From Naegleria gruberi (taxonomy: Eukaryota), in NCBI GenBank assembly GCA_000004985.1, contig GG738845.1: a stretch of DNA of 64,000 nt; one strand, given 5' to 3'. The notes beneath the pieces were generated by a model. The model was given only the letters and a program-made list of their open reading frames with translations. It was not told the DNA's origin and did not search any database. A program made the translations under genes and the position numbers. Position 1 is the stretch's first letter. Each line of letters begins with the position of its first letter. Positions 1-10,628 of this stretch are shown here, in pieces.

Positions 1-114
1 TTTAACTCTAATGCAAAATGCCTTTTATTAATTATAGTAGTTAAGGATCATAGTGGCTATTTTAAACTGGGACTATTATTTGGAAAGTGGACTATTATTT
101 GGAGTGATAACTCA

Positions 115-1458
115 TTGGTTCTAACTTTACCTCAACAAGGAAATGAAAAACTGCTCTACACAATTGAAGAGATAGTTTCTGAGAAGAGATTAGAGAAAAT
201 CACACGAGCTCTTTGTGAAACTATCTGTAGTTGGAATGGAAGAAAGGTGTACGATTTGAAAAGTTGTAATAGTGGTCATTTCATTCTCTCATTTCTGAAA
301 AAGTCTCTACTCTGGGACACCATTTCGCTTTTACCAAAGAGATATATCATTTCATTTACAAACAACAAAACCGATACATTGAAGGAGTATGAAAATAGAC
401 CCATCCCACAAATAGGCCAATTCTCAATAGGAAGGTCTAACCTTTTCTCAAGAAGCGATTGTCAATACATAGATTCGGAAAGATTGAAGGATATTATAGA
501 AAACGTACAAGAATCGCAATTAATTGAGTGTGATGAGTGTGAATTTCTTTCAGAATTGGATTTCATTAGGGATGACATGTTTTTGATTGGTGAAGGAGGT
601 TTTGGTAAGGTGTTTAAATGTCAAGAAAAAAAAAGAAAAGAGTGGAAGGCTTTAAAAATAGTTGAAAATGATATTGAATACGAATTAAGTGCTGTAAGTG
701 TTTAGAAATTGACTTGTTTCAAAATAGGAAAGTGTAAAAAATTCATTAATATTAGACATGAGAATTTGGCACCCGTTGAAGATTATGGAATGTTGGAAAA
801 TGAGCTTTTCATCCTTATGCCTTTCTATGAAGATGGTGATTTGACCACATTTATTAATGAAAAGGGCCACTCCCTGTCTGATAAGAACATTATTCAAATA
901 TTCCACCAAATAGCAGAATCATTGGCCCACTTGCACAAACTCAAAATTATCCACAGAGATATCAAATTGAAGAATATTTTTGTTTCGAACTATGAAAAGA
1001 TTAGTGGTGATATTCATGTTGTTTTGGGAGATTTTGGATGTTTTCTTGATTTGGAAAGCCAGAATGATAATCAACACTTGTTAGGGTCTGAGAGTTATAG
1101 ACCTCCTGAAAAAGAGCAGACAACTAAGGCCGATGTTTGGAGTCTTGGTGTTTGTATTCTTCAACTAGTGTTAATTCAACAAAAGAGCTCCCTAAATCTC
1201 ACCAGTGAAATTCTCTTTAACCAAGAGGATAAGCAAAAACTTTTCCAATCAATATCTGTAAGTTTTGTAATTTTGAATCAAATAATTTATTCTTCAAAGG
1301 ATTCTGATTTGAAAGATGTTCTCACCAAATGCTTAGACTCAACATTCTCATCTCGCATTGACAGTTATGAACTCTCTAACACTTTGAGAATTCTCACTAA
1401 AGTTTATTCTCCAGCAAAAGCAGGAACACAGAGTTCGTTATCTAAAAACTATTTTTAA
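115..1458 (+). CDS. Ser/Thr protein kinase, 5'-partial. Exons about 115..693 and 733..1458. No in-frame ATG upstream of the kinase domain, so the first exon(s) probably lie outside the window.
   Basis: The two ORFs 115..705 and 709..1458 share a frame and are separated only by TAG at 703-705. Gly-loop GEGGFGKV, VAIK-like ALKIV, HRDIKLKN catalytic loop and DFG are present. A GTAAGT donor at 694 and an AAG acceptor at 731-732 give a 39-nt in-frame intron; an alternative is 698..727 (30 nt). Confidence 0.55.
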
Positions 1459-1540
1459 ATCCTAGTTCATCTTTTTTTCACTTTAAAAAAATACACAATA
1501 TTACTTTTACATTGTACATTACTTTAAATACTTTTTTAAA

Positions 1541-2549
1541 ATGATCAAGACTGTTGCTGTTTTACATCCGGAATTAGTTGATTCCTTGAAAAAGGTTAGA
1601 GAACAAAGAGCCTTCAATGTAGAAGAATGGATCGATAAAAAGACAGATTTATTTAATGATTATATGAAGAGATGTGGTTTGAAGGGTAAGTTTATTGTCG
1701 GTAATCATGGCTGACTTTGTATTTGATAAATTGTACTACACATGATCGGATTGATAAATAGCTTGTCTCGTATCTGTTTCTGGTGGCGTAGACAGTGCTG
1801 TTACATTTGCTTTGGCAGAAAGAGCAATGAGAAAACCAAATTCACCAATTAAACAACTACTTGGTGTTGCTCAACCTATCAAATCAACAGAAAAGATTTG
1901 GAAGAGAGCTCTTGAGCTTGAACAAGCATACGGATCAACAGAAGGTGTTAGAGTTGTCTCAGTTGATCAAAGTGAAATTCACACACAAATTCAAGAAAGA
2001 ACAGAAGAAGCTCTCGGTATTAAGAGTGGAGATTTTGCAAGTGGACAACTCAAATCATATATGAGAACACCTGTTGGTTTCTTTGCTGCTCAATTATTGA
2101 GTCAAGCTGGTTTTCCATGTGTAGTTTTAGGAACTGGTAATTTCGATGAAGATGGTTACTTGTTCTATTTCTGTAAGGCTGGTGATGGTGTTGCTGATGT
2201 TCAATTAATTGCTGATTTGCACAAATCTGAAGTTTTCCAAGTTGGTCATGCTCTTAAAGTTCCACTTTCAATTCTTGAAGCTCCACCAAGTGCTGATTTA
2301 TGGTCTGGTCAAACTGATGAAAATGAATTGGGTTTTCCATATGACTTTGTTGAACTCATGACTGAATTAATGGTAAAGACTGAAGAAGAACAAAAAGCTA
2401 TCAAACAATCATGGAGTCCAGAAGCACTCAATCAATTCGAAGAATTATCTGCTGAAGCCAAACTTGTACATAAGAGAAATAATCACAAGGCCAAGTATCC
2501 ATTGAATCTTAACCTCATTCACCCAGTGGGTGACAATTTTTCTTTCTAA
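1541..2549 (+). CDS. nadE: NH3-dependent NAD+ synthetase, bacterial NadE type. Exons 1541..1685 and 1762..2549, intron 76 nt.
   Basis: N-terminal exon MIKTVAVLHPELVDSL...GLK, then GTAAGT...AAATAG. The second exon begins ACLVSVSGGVDSAV (SGGxDS PP-loop). FCKAGDGVADVQLIADL, APPSADLW and LGFPYD line up with E. coli NadE motifs. There is no N-terminal nitrilase/glutaminase domain. Confidence 0.65.
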
Positions 2550-2682
2550 ATAAACTTTAAAGAATAAACTTTTTTTCTAACCTTTACAGTTTGCCTTTAA
2601 AGTACTGTTTACAATTGTAGTAAACTACTAAACTTGTAATTCAAACAAAACTAAACTTCAAAAAAAACAACTACTACACAAC

Positions 2683-3165
2683 ATGAATGCCACACACCAA
2701 CAAACAATTATACCAACCTCAAAAAGTTTAGTTCAAACTATTGGCAACCAACAAGTAAAAAGTCTATACTTGTATAATTATTCAAATACTGTGTTCCAAA
2801 TAAGTACATTCTACAAGGACATAGAGGGACAAGATTATGAGGAACAGGTTGACGAAGAGTTATTTGTCAAACCATTTGATTGGTATTTTATAAAACCAAA
2901 AACTCATCATAATCGAGAAATGCACATTCTTGGTATTCAGTTACAAGATATCACACACAATGTCAATAGTTGTACTTTTTTACTGAGTGAACTAGTGACA
3001 AATTTGAAACATTATTGGAAGGATGAAATGCTCAATCTTCACGACATCAAGTACTCTATTGATTTCAATAATTATAGGCAAGATTTGAATGAGAATGACA
3101 ATATTTTTGTAATTACTAAACATGTTGGTGAGAATATTAATTTATATTATTATAAAAATAAGTAA
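2683..3165 (+). CDS. Hypothetical protein, 160 aa, single exon.
   Basis: ATG at 2683 in an A-rich context; uninterrupted ORF; no family recognised. Confidence 0.35.
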   Translation: MNATHQQTIIPTSKSLVQTIGNQQVKSLYLYNYSNTVFQISTFYKDIEGQDYEEQVDEELFVKPFDWYFIKPKTHHNREMHILGIQLQDITHNVNSCTFLLSELVTNLKHYWKDEMLNLHDIKYSIDFNNYRQDLNENDNIFVITKHVGENINLYYYKNK

Positions 3166-3325
3166 ATAAATTAGATTTAATTGGTGTCAAAAATTATCCT
3201 CAACAACAAACCGCATTGTTAAAAGAGAATCATCAAATGATAGAATATATATTCAATTTTTTGATAATCTCTGATAACACAAAATGGATGATAAAATTAG
3301 AATTTTTAAATTTTAAAAATACAAG

Positions 3326-4768
3326 ATGAGCATGCTTCCGAATTCACTTCTTACTCAAGGACAAGCTCCACCTCGCGAGAAACTCTTTGCTAAATCCAAT
3401 GGATTGGGAGCAGAACAGAACATGACAGCAAAGAGAAGACAAGGATCAAATTTACAATTTGAAGCAAGTAGGTTTCCATACTTATAAAAATTTATATATT
3501 ATTTAAAGTGTTGAGTACTTCAATTCCATCATTATTTGATATGTGTATTAAATTATTACAGAATAATATTGATGATCTACCAACTTTGGAAAATATTGAA
3601 GATGAAATTGTCATTCGTATTTTAAGTAATTGTGAACCACACAAATTGGAAGAAATTGAGAGAAAGAATGAGGAGGAAAATGTAATTTTACAAACTGATG
3701 TATTATGGAAAAGATTAGTAACTAAAGATTTTGGAGGTAAGGATTTTGGAAATTGAAACATTTCAACAATCAAATTGTTTAGCTGGGCTTCTTTCTAAAA
3801 GTTCCGAATACATACAAGAAACCAGACCACATAAGGAACTTTATAATGAATTGAATAGAGAAAGAATGGAAAGAGAGTACAAAATTCAAAAGATCAAGGA
3901 AGATTCAAAACGTATGAAACAGTCATCAACACGAATGATTGGAGCCAAGACAGTAGGTTCCTCTCAAACAATCAATTCTACCAGTTCAAATCCTGTTACT
4001 CAAACCAAACATATTGCCAAAACTATAGATCCAATTAGACAACCATCAAGAATTAGAAACTCCTCAACAAGAAGTAGAATATCCAGTTCATCATCTTCAA
4101 ATGATAGACCAAGAACTACTTCCTCTGCTCCTAGCGGTTCTAAAAAGAGCAAATTGTGGACAAGTTCACTTGGTGGTGACTCTGCAGTCGTGAGAAAAAA
4201 ACCAGAACAAACAAAAAGCTCTGTATTTATTCCAGGAAATGTAACAGCTGCTACCAGAAATCCACCAATGAACATGAATCGATACACTCCACCACCACTC
4301 TCTACTAGTGCACCTCTTGTATATAGACAGCCTGTTGTTGTTTCCAAAGCCAATACTATTGACTACACAAAGAAACGACCATCTTCACCTCCTCAATCAG
4401 ATACAATTGCTGGATCACCTGTTGTAAGCCATAGCTATGTGGAAAATGTTTTTGGCAAAGAGACATCGAAGAGATTTGAAAAGGTAAAACGCCAAGCAAC
4501 CAATGACTCAACCAAACTCAGAGATTCTGCTCGTCGAGGTGTACCTCAAAGCATGCAACCTCCAACCTCTAGCAGTAGTTTTAATCATCGTGTATCAAAT
4601 CAACCTAAACCATCACATCCTCCTCCATCATCTCATAGCTCTTCCTCTCTTGCTCCTCCCCAAAAGAAAGCCAAACCAAACAACTCTTATACACCCCCTC
4701 CTTCAAGATCCACACCACCTTCTGCCAGATCTTCTGAGCTCAATTTCACAATTCCAAAGAGAAGATAA
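3326..4768 (+). CDS. Elongin-A-like (RNA Pol II elongation factor) with an F-box/BC-box-like region and a Ser/Pro-rich C-terminus. Exons 3326..3467, 3509..3736 and 3783..4768.
   Basis: Exon 2 encodes IPSLFDMCIKLLQNNIDDL...CEPHKLEEIE...TDVLWKRLVTKDFG, resembling the Elongin-A box. Introns of 41 nt (GTAGGT...TTAAAG) and 46 nt (GTAAGG...GTTTAG) keep the frame. The long downstream ORF is S/T/P-rich. Confidence 0.5.
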
Positions 4769-4929
4769 TAATTGATTTTTCTTGTAAATTTTTATTGTCA
4801 CAATAAACGTTTTGAGCAATTTTCAAAGGATTTGAATTAAGCAGCAATTTTCAGTAAGAATTTTTCCTCTCGATCCTTGGCACTATTTCACATATTATTT
4901 TGTCGTCATTAGTTCTTTGTACTGGTTTT

Positions 4930-5337
4930 TTAACCAAAGTAATAGACTGTATTGTCAGTGCTTGAGGTATTTCTATTAGTATTATGAAGTTGGTTAACAG
5001 GTCCAAAACAATTAGGGTGTTGCAGGTTTTCAAGTATTGTCTCATCAAGATCGTTCTCATTAATAGAGCCCTCAGATTTAGTGGTTTTAACTTTGTGATG
5101 TTTTTGAGATGAGTTAATTGGAGGTAATTTAACAACAGCTGATCTCTGTGATCTAAATTCCTTCACCATCATTCTTCTTCTCAGCATGGAGTCATCATCG
5201 TATACGACTCGAGGAAGAATTCTTTGACAAGTTGAATACTCGCTCAGTGGCTTAATGGCCGTTCTGTTTTTATACTTTTCATCAAAGCAATACTCTTCCT
5301 CAATACTCTTCATCATTTGGCTTGCGAATCCTCCCAT
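4930..5337 (-). CDS. Hypothetical protein, 135 aa.
   Basis: ATG at 5337 on the minus strand; ORF only; no recognisable domain. Confidence 0.3.
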   Translation of the reverse strand: MGGFASQMMKSIEEEYCFDEKYKNRTAIKPLSEYSTCQRILPRVVYDDDSMLRRRMMVKEFRSQRSAVVKLPPINSSQKHHKVKTTKSEGSINENDLDETILENLQHPNCFGPVNQLHNTNRNTSSTDNTVYYFG

Positions 5338-5609
5338 CTTGAATGTCTAATTGTTTTTTTTTGGTTCTGAACGCATTATTCATTTTGCAGCCCATATGTT
5401 CGGTTGGTGATCCTCGAACTTAACAAAGTGGATTAAGTTGTCTTTTTTATAACAGTAAAACGCACAACCACACCAAATAAGTTTAGATCTTCTACAAGTG
5501 AGGATTGTGAGGAATTTATTTTTTTTTTTGCACAACCTCACACTTCCCTCTCCACCTTCTAGAGAGATTATTGGCCAAGAGTAGTTGTAGGGATTGTTGT
5601 TGAGAAATC

Positions 5610-7603
5610 TCAATTGAGGGGTGTTGAGGAGAGGTCTGCTCGTTTTTGGTCATCCGCAAAGGAGACTGTTTTGGACGGTGCTATATTCTTCCTAAGGTAA
5701 GGTGTGATGGAGAAATTCATTTGGGATTGATGATTCTCCAAACAGTATTGAATAAAAGTCTTTGAGAAACCTGGGAAAGACACTTCAGTTTCATTGAATA
5801 ATTGGGAGATTTTTTCACATTGTTCCTGTAAGATAACTTCAGAGTTTGGCTGGGGTGTATCAATGAATTGGTAATTACTTGCAACCGATTGTAAACTAGC
5901 CTCAACCACACTTGACAGCAACTTTTTGCTAAAAGGATCAATAGATGAGGAGATTGATAATTTTCTTTGAGATGCATAGAGATCTTTCTTTTCTCTGTCT
6001 ATCATAATTTCTCTACTCTTTTCGTACACTGGAGTAGTCTCTGGTTCTTCGGAATGAGTATGAATATCATCTTCTTCAATAACTACTTCATTAAAATTAT
6101 CAGTAAATTCTGTATCTTCTTCCTCTGCAGAAATAGAAGTTTTTTTAAATTCCACAATCTTAATCGAAGATGGCACTATCTTCATTGTTCCATACTCTGT
6201 TTCACTATCTGACGGATCTGAAATCTCATCATCTGAAGTTGAAGAAGAATCAGTATCCTTTTCCTCTTCACTAGATGTTCCACCACCTTCTCCCTTGAAG
6301 GAATTCTTATTACTGTTTAGCTCCTTTGACAAATCCGAAACTAGCTCATTAAGCTTGTGAACAGAGGTTGTCTTTTTCTTTCTTCTCATAACAGTACTTC
6401 TAAAATCCCAAAAATTATTTTCTCCTTCTCCCTCCTCAGAAGAATCAAATGAGCTGTCTGATGAATCAGTTGAACTATTAGAGTCCTTGGACTTGTCTCT
6501 CATCTCCCTCTTCTTTTCAATCAATTCTATTAGACTACTATTCTTTTTTGCTGATTTTATAAATCTATGTTTCAGTAACTCCTTTGCTGATTGTCTTTCT
6601 GAAGGATCCTTTTTCAAACATAGGGAAACAAACTCTTTGAAAGTCTTTGAAAATTTTCCCTCCAGTGTCGGTGGCTCATTCTTTGGAATCAGAAACAATA
6701 TCCTCATTGGATCATCTCCATAATATGGAGGAGATCCCTTTGCCATTTCAATAGCAGTTATACCAAGAGACCAAATATCAGCCTTTTCAGTGTAACCTGA
6801 TTGTTTAATAACCTCAGGAGCCACTATTATTCCTCAAAATAAGCGATTGTATTGAACTTGGAATACTTACTCCAAAATGGTGTTCCTACAAAAGAATGTC
6901 TCTTATTGATTGTACTCGATAGTTGTCCAGCCACACCTAAATCCGCTAATTTAACATTTCCGTCCTCGCTCAATAAAACATTTGCTGCCTTTATATCTCT
7001 ATGGATCAATCCAATAGCATGTAAATATTCCAGACCAAGCAACATTTCTCTCAATATTATTGCTATATATTTCTCATCAAATTTTCCTCCATTTGGTTTC
7101 ATAAGATCCAACACTGACCCTCCACTCAGATACTCCATCACAATTAATAATTTGGTATCCTGAACAATTGAACCATAGACTGAAACGACATAGGATGACG
7201 AACATTGCAACAGAATATGAATCTCTTTTTGTATATCCTCAATATCATCCTCTGCCTTTTCTAAATCTATTGACTTTACAGCAACTATTTGTCCAGTTTT
7301 CTTATTCCTCCTATTATCAGAATATTAAAATGTCACCAAGATCCAAATGACATGAACATACATTTTGTACACTTCTCCAAAAGATCCCTTTCCAACTCGT
7401 TCCAATTTTTCATAATCGGAGCTATTTGCAGAGAAAGGTGCCTCTGCCTCTCTGAAATGATGATGAATATTTGATGATCCTCCTATGCTACCAACATTCG
7501 AAGAGTTAGAAGAGACTGATGAAACAGAATCTAAGGAGGTTAAACTGTTGGCCACAATACTTGAAATTGGTATTCCTTCAGAGACAAATGTTTGAGGTGG
7601 CAT
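5610..7603 (-). CDS. STE20/GCK-III family Ser/Thr kinase (MST3/STK24/STK25-like). Exons 7362..7603, 6871..7310 and 5610..6823.
   Basis: [10 protein letters not shown] in exon 1. Exon 2 reads [30 protein letters not shown]...MEYLSGGS...[11 protein letters not shown]...DLGVAGQL...FVGTPFW. Exon 3 starts (M)[10 protein letters not shown]...[11 protein letters not shown]. Introns are 51 nt (GTATGT..AATAG) and 47 nt (GTAAGT..AATAG). The C-terminal tail is long and acidic/Ser-rich. Confidence 0.75.
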
Positions 7604-7831
7604 ATTATTATTTACAATTTTAAACTCGTATAATTATTTCAATGATTATTACTACAATTAATTCAAGCATCAACACAAAGTGATGGCTTTTTTTTTAAGG
7701 AGAGATGTTTGTGGCGCCTTGTAATAGGAATTTATGAGTTTGACTACAATGTATTTTAACTAGTAACTCTTTTTGTTTAAGGGAGAATGTCCACAAAGAT
7801 CATTGGTTTTGTTTTTACATGTTCTCTGTGT

Positions 7832-8712
7832 TTATTCTATTTTAGCGGATTTTTTCTTCTTTGGTGTTGTGCTAGCAGCAGTTGAAGACTCTGGTTTTTC
7901 GGTGCTGGTGGTAGTGGTTGTATTTCCCTTAATCATGTTATAATAAATAATTTGAGCCATGATGATACCGTTCAAAGCAACAGCCAAACCAGCAGTAATC
8001 AACATGAGTTGGTCGTCAACTTCTTGCAAGGTTGTAAACAAACGAGCAGATGAACCAGCAACTTGCATAAAGGTAGTACTGAAACTTAAGGCACCAACAC
8101 CACCTTGAGAGAAGTTCTTGATGATTTGAGGAACTCTAGAAAAGATGAAGAGTGGAAGAGTGAGAGCAAACAATGATCCAATAACAGTTTCAGTTACATA
8201 AATTGTATCGAAAATGACAAAGTAGAAAAATACAGGGAATGCAACACTTGAGAAGGAAAAGACAATATCATTCTTCTTTGAGTAAACAAAGAAAAAGACG
8301 AGAATGATAATATCTGCATTATACAAATAAATTGAAAGTAAATGAATGTTTTTGTTATCATTAAAAACTTACTTTGGATGATCATGAAAATATATTCGCC
8401 ATAGGTACTAAATGGATAACCACTACGATAGTTGTATCCAAGAGTAATGACTTGACTATTTGATCCGATAATTAATACAGTTGTCTCACTTTAAACATAC
8501 CTGTATATTTCCAAGATAAACATTAAAGCAGACAATCCTTCAACTGATGACTTTTTCATGATGGTAATAATTTGTGGAACCTTGTAAAGAACTGATCCGA
8601 GAATGACCAAAGTTCCCAACAATTTGGACAAAATTAATTTCAAACAATCGGCAGCAAAAAGGCTCTCTGCACATTTCTCACTATTCAAAAATTGTTGAAC
8701 AAATTCACTCAT
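7832..8712 (-). CDS. MPDU1: MPDU1/Lec35-like PQ-loop protein (mannose-P-dolichol utilization defect 1). Exons 8501..8712, 8373..8455 and 7832..8313.
   Basis: EKC..LF..DCLK.ILSKLLG..I.GS.L.KVPQI in exon 1. Exon 2 is small (QVITLGYNYRSGYPFSTYGEYIFMIIQ). A second PQ-loop (SRVPQIIKNF) is in exon 3. Introns are 45 and 59 nt. Confidence 0.6.
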
Positions 8713-8866
8713 TTTTTAATAATCCTAATCTTGGCTCTCAATAACAACAAGTTTTACAAGTATTCTATTCAATATTTGAGCATTTATACTACAACCAAGC
8801 AAAGGCAGTCATTCTACTTCGCCAACCAACAATTATTCATAATTGATAACAATAATATTAAAAAAA

Positions 8867-9293
8867 ATGCTCAAGAATTTATTCCAAAATTCCGCCAAAA
8901 ACGTCTTCCGTCGTTCCAACAAGACAAACATCAACAGCAGATTCCAAGCACGTTCTTCTGCTACATCATCAGGAAATGCCAAGATGTCTGCCACTGGTTG
9001 GGTTTATGAATCACCTAACTTGGCCCAATATACTGCTTTGAAGGGTGCTATGGTTTCTATTTGTATGCGTGGATTGTACGTGTGGAACCTCGTCATGTTG
9101 ATGGGAGAAATGTACGTAGTAATTCTTAGACAATAATTTATTTATTATTTGAATTATTTAAATTATTTACTGATATTACTTTAACGTCAAATTTCAATTA
9201 TTTATTTTATTATTGGATTGGTTTTATTTGGAATTAGTGCTTTCTATCCATTCAGTCTTACTGATTTGCTAAGAGGAAAGAAGAGATGTTAAA
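8867..9293 (+). CDS. Small hypothetical protein, about 100 aa, possibly mitochondrial (basic N-terminus). Tentative 2-exon model 8867..9111 + 9238..9293.
   Basis: ATG at 8867 after an A8 run. ORF through ...LVMLMGE, then GTACGT; AG at 9236-37 restores a short terminal exon. Weak model. Confidence 0.2.
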
Positions 9294-9371
9294 TTGTACA
9301 ACATAATAAACCTTCAATCAAGGGAATCATAATTATTAAAATGGATTATATTACATAATTTACAAAATGAT

Positions 9372-10406
9372 TCAAGAAAGATACAATTGTCTAAATATGT
9401 CAAGGAATTGATTAATTGACATGTTTGCACCTCCACATTGCTCAGTGGCATACTCATAAACGAGCTCAAAGTCTACACCTTCTTCTTCAACAATCAAAGT
9501 CACATATTCCTTCAATTCATCTTTTGGAAGTGGTTTATCTCTTTCTTCAACAGTTGTTCGATATGATAATGTTTCAGTTGCACCAATGTCCTTCTTGTTT
9601 TGAATGCCAAATGTCATATGTTCAGTTCCAGGAAGGAATGGTGCTCTCATTCCCTTATCAATATTGTGGTCAACTCCATAGCCATACCCTCTAATACAAT
9701 CAATTGATCCCCATTCGTCAGGCTTATTTGTCATTCCAAACACCTTTCCATCCAATGGATCTTCATTTGGAACCGGCTCATCATGTACGAGTTGTCCAGC
9801 TGTTGGTGCTTGGTAATAAGTAGAGACTGTCTTTTTTGCTCCATCAACTTCTGGTTCCAAAACCTTTCCAAATCTAAAGTGTGTTGGGTCTCTTATTGGA
9901 GTTTTATCCCAAACATAATTCCTGTTAACTTGTTCTCCAGCTTCCCATGCTTGATGAGAAAGTTTGTACAATTCATTTCTTTCCTTCTCCATTTCATTTT
10001 GATCATACCTATCTATTGGGTAGAGAATATTCTTAGCACTCTCAGAGTAGTCAGTTTTAATACCAAACACCGAATCACCCTTAGCATGATTGTTTATAAA
10101 ATTAGTATGTTTCGCGGAATGGCCAACTGGTTCTCTCTTGTAAATGGCCTCCTTCTTCTCCTTATAATACGAAACAAGGGGAGGTTCATTAGGATGAATA
10201 CAATCCGAGGCAGCGCCATTACTACTTTCAATTTTTCCAAATCTTGTTGGGGGAACATAGTTTGAATCCGGATCATTTTTTGTGTCATATCCATACTTTG
10301 CATTTACTAGAGAATCTGAAACCTTATTCCTCAACAACATTTCATTGCTGGCTCCGAATGATTTGTATTGAGGGAAGGCATCCCTTATCTTTCCGCTTTC
10401 ACTCAT
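9372..10406 (-). CDS. Hypothetical protein with repeated aromatic-FG(K/I) motifs and a C-terminal acidic EF-hand-like helix pair. Candidate axonemal or EF-hand-family protein; assignment tentative.
   Basis: ATG at 10406 (aaaaaaaATG). Single ORF. Motifs RFGK, VFGIKTDYS, FRFGKV, VFGMTNK and TFGIQNK recur at roughly 40-60 aa spacing. C-terminus DELKEYVTLIVEEEGVDFELVYEYATEQCGGANMSINQFLDIF. Confidence 0.4.
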   Translation of the reverse strand: MSESGKIRDAFPQYKSFGASNEMLLRNKVSDSLVNAKYGYDTKNDPDSNYVPPTRFGKIESSNGAASDCIHPNEPPLVSYYKEKKEAIYKREPVGHSAKHTNFINNHAKGDSVFGIKTDYSESAKNILYPIDRYDQNEMEKERNELYKLSHQAWEAGEQVNRNYVWDKTPIRDPTHFRFGKVLEPEVDGAKKTVSTYYQAPTAGQLVHDEPVPNEDPLDGKVFGMTNKPDEWGSIDCIRGYGYGVDHNIDKGMRAPFLPGTEHMTFGIQNKKDIGATETLSYRTTVEERDKPLPKDELKEYVTLIVEEEGVDFELVYEYATEQCGGANMSINQFLDIFRQLYLS

Positions 10407-10628
10407 TTTTTTTAAAAATGTCAAGTTGAACTGTATACTGTTTGGCGCCAAAATACTAGCTGTCACTGTTACTCTCCAAGGAAACCAGGTGAAAACTCCT
10501 TTTTTTAAATATATCAATTAAATTTTCAGCTATTTTGTGTGTTCAATTCTGTTGTCAAAGAAATATGAAAGATAATTTGAAACACAAGCGAAAAGAAGGC
10601 AGGTAAAAGAAAAATTTGAAGAAAAAAA

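Noticed and set aside
5380-5613. ORF 5380..5613 (minus, 77 aa) immediately downstream of the kinase stop.
   Set aside because: It lies in the expected 3' UTR of the STE20-like gene, has no in-frame ATG context or conserved motif, and ends in a poly-A/T-rich tract.
5717-7474. Short ORFs on the plus strand or in alternate frames within the STE20-kinase locus (5967..6212, 6487..6723, 6852..7163, 7168..7350, 7289..7474) and minus 5717..5977.
   Set aside because: They overlap the exons and introns of a strongly supported kinase gene on the opposite strand and have no conserved motifs.
8194-8385. ORF 8194..8385 (minus, 63 aa) and ORF 8692..9009 (plus, 105 aa).
   Set aside because: The first is an alternative frame across the MPDU1 intron 2 / exon 2 region. 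The second overlaps the MPDU1 5' end and the upstream spacer in a different frame from the better-supported small gene starting at 8867.
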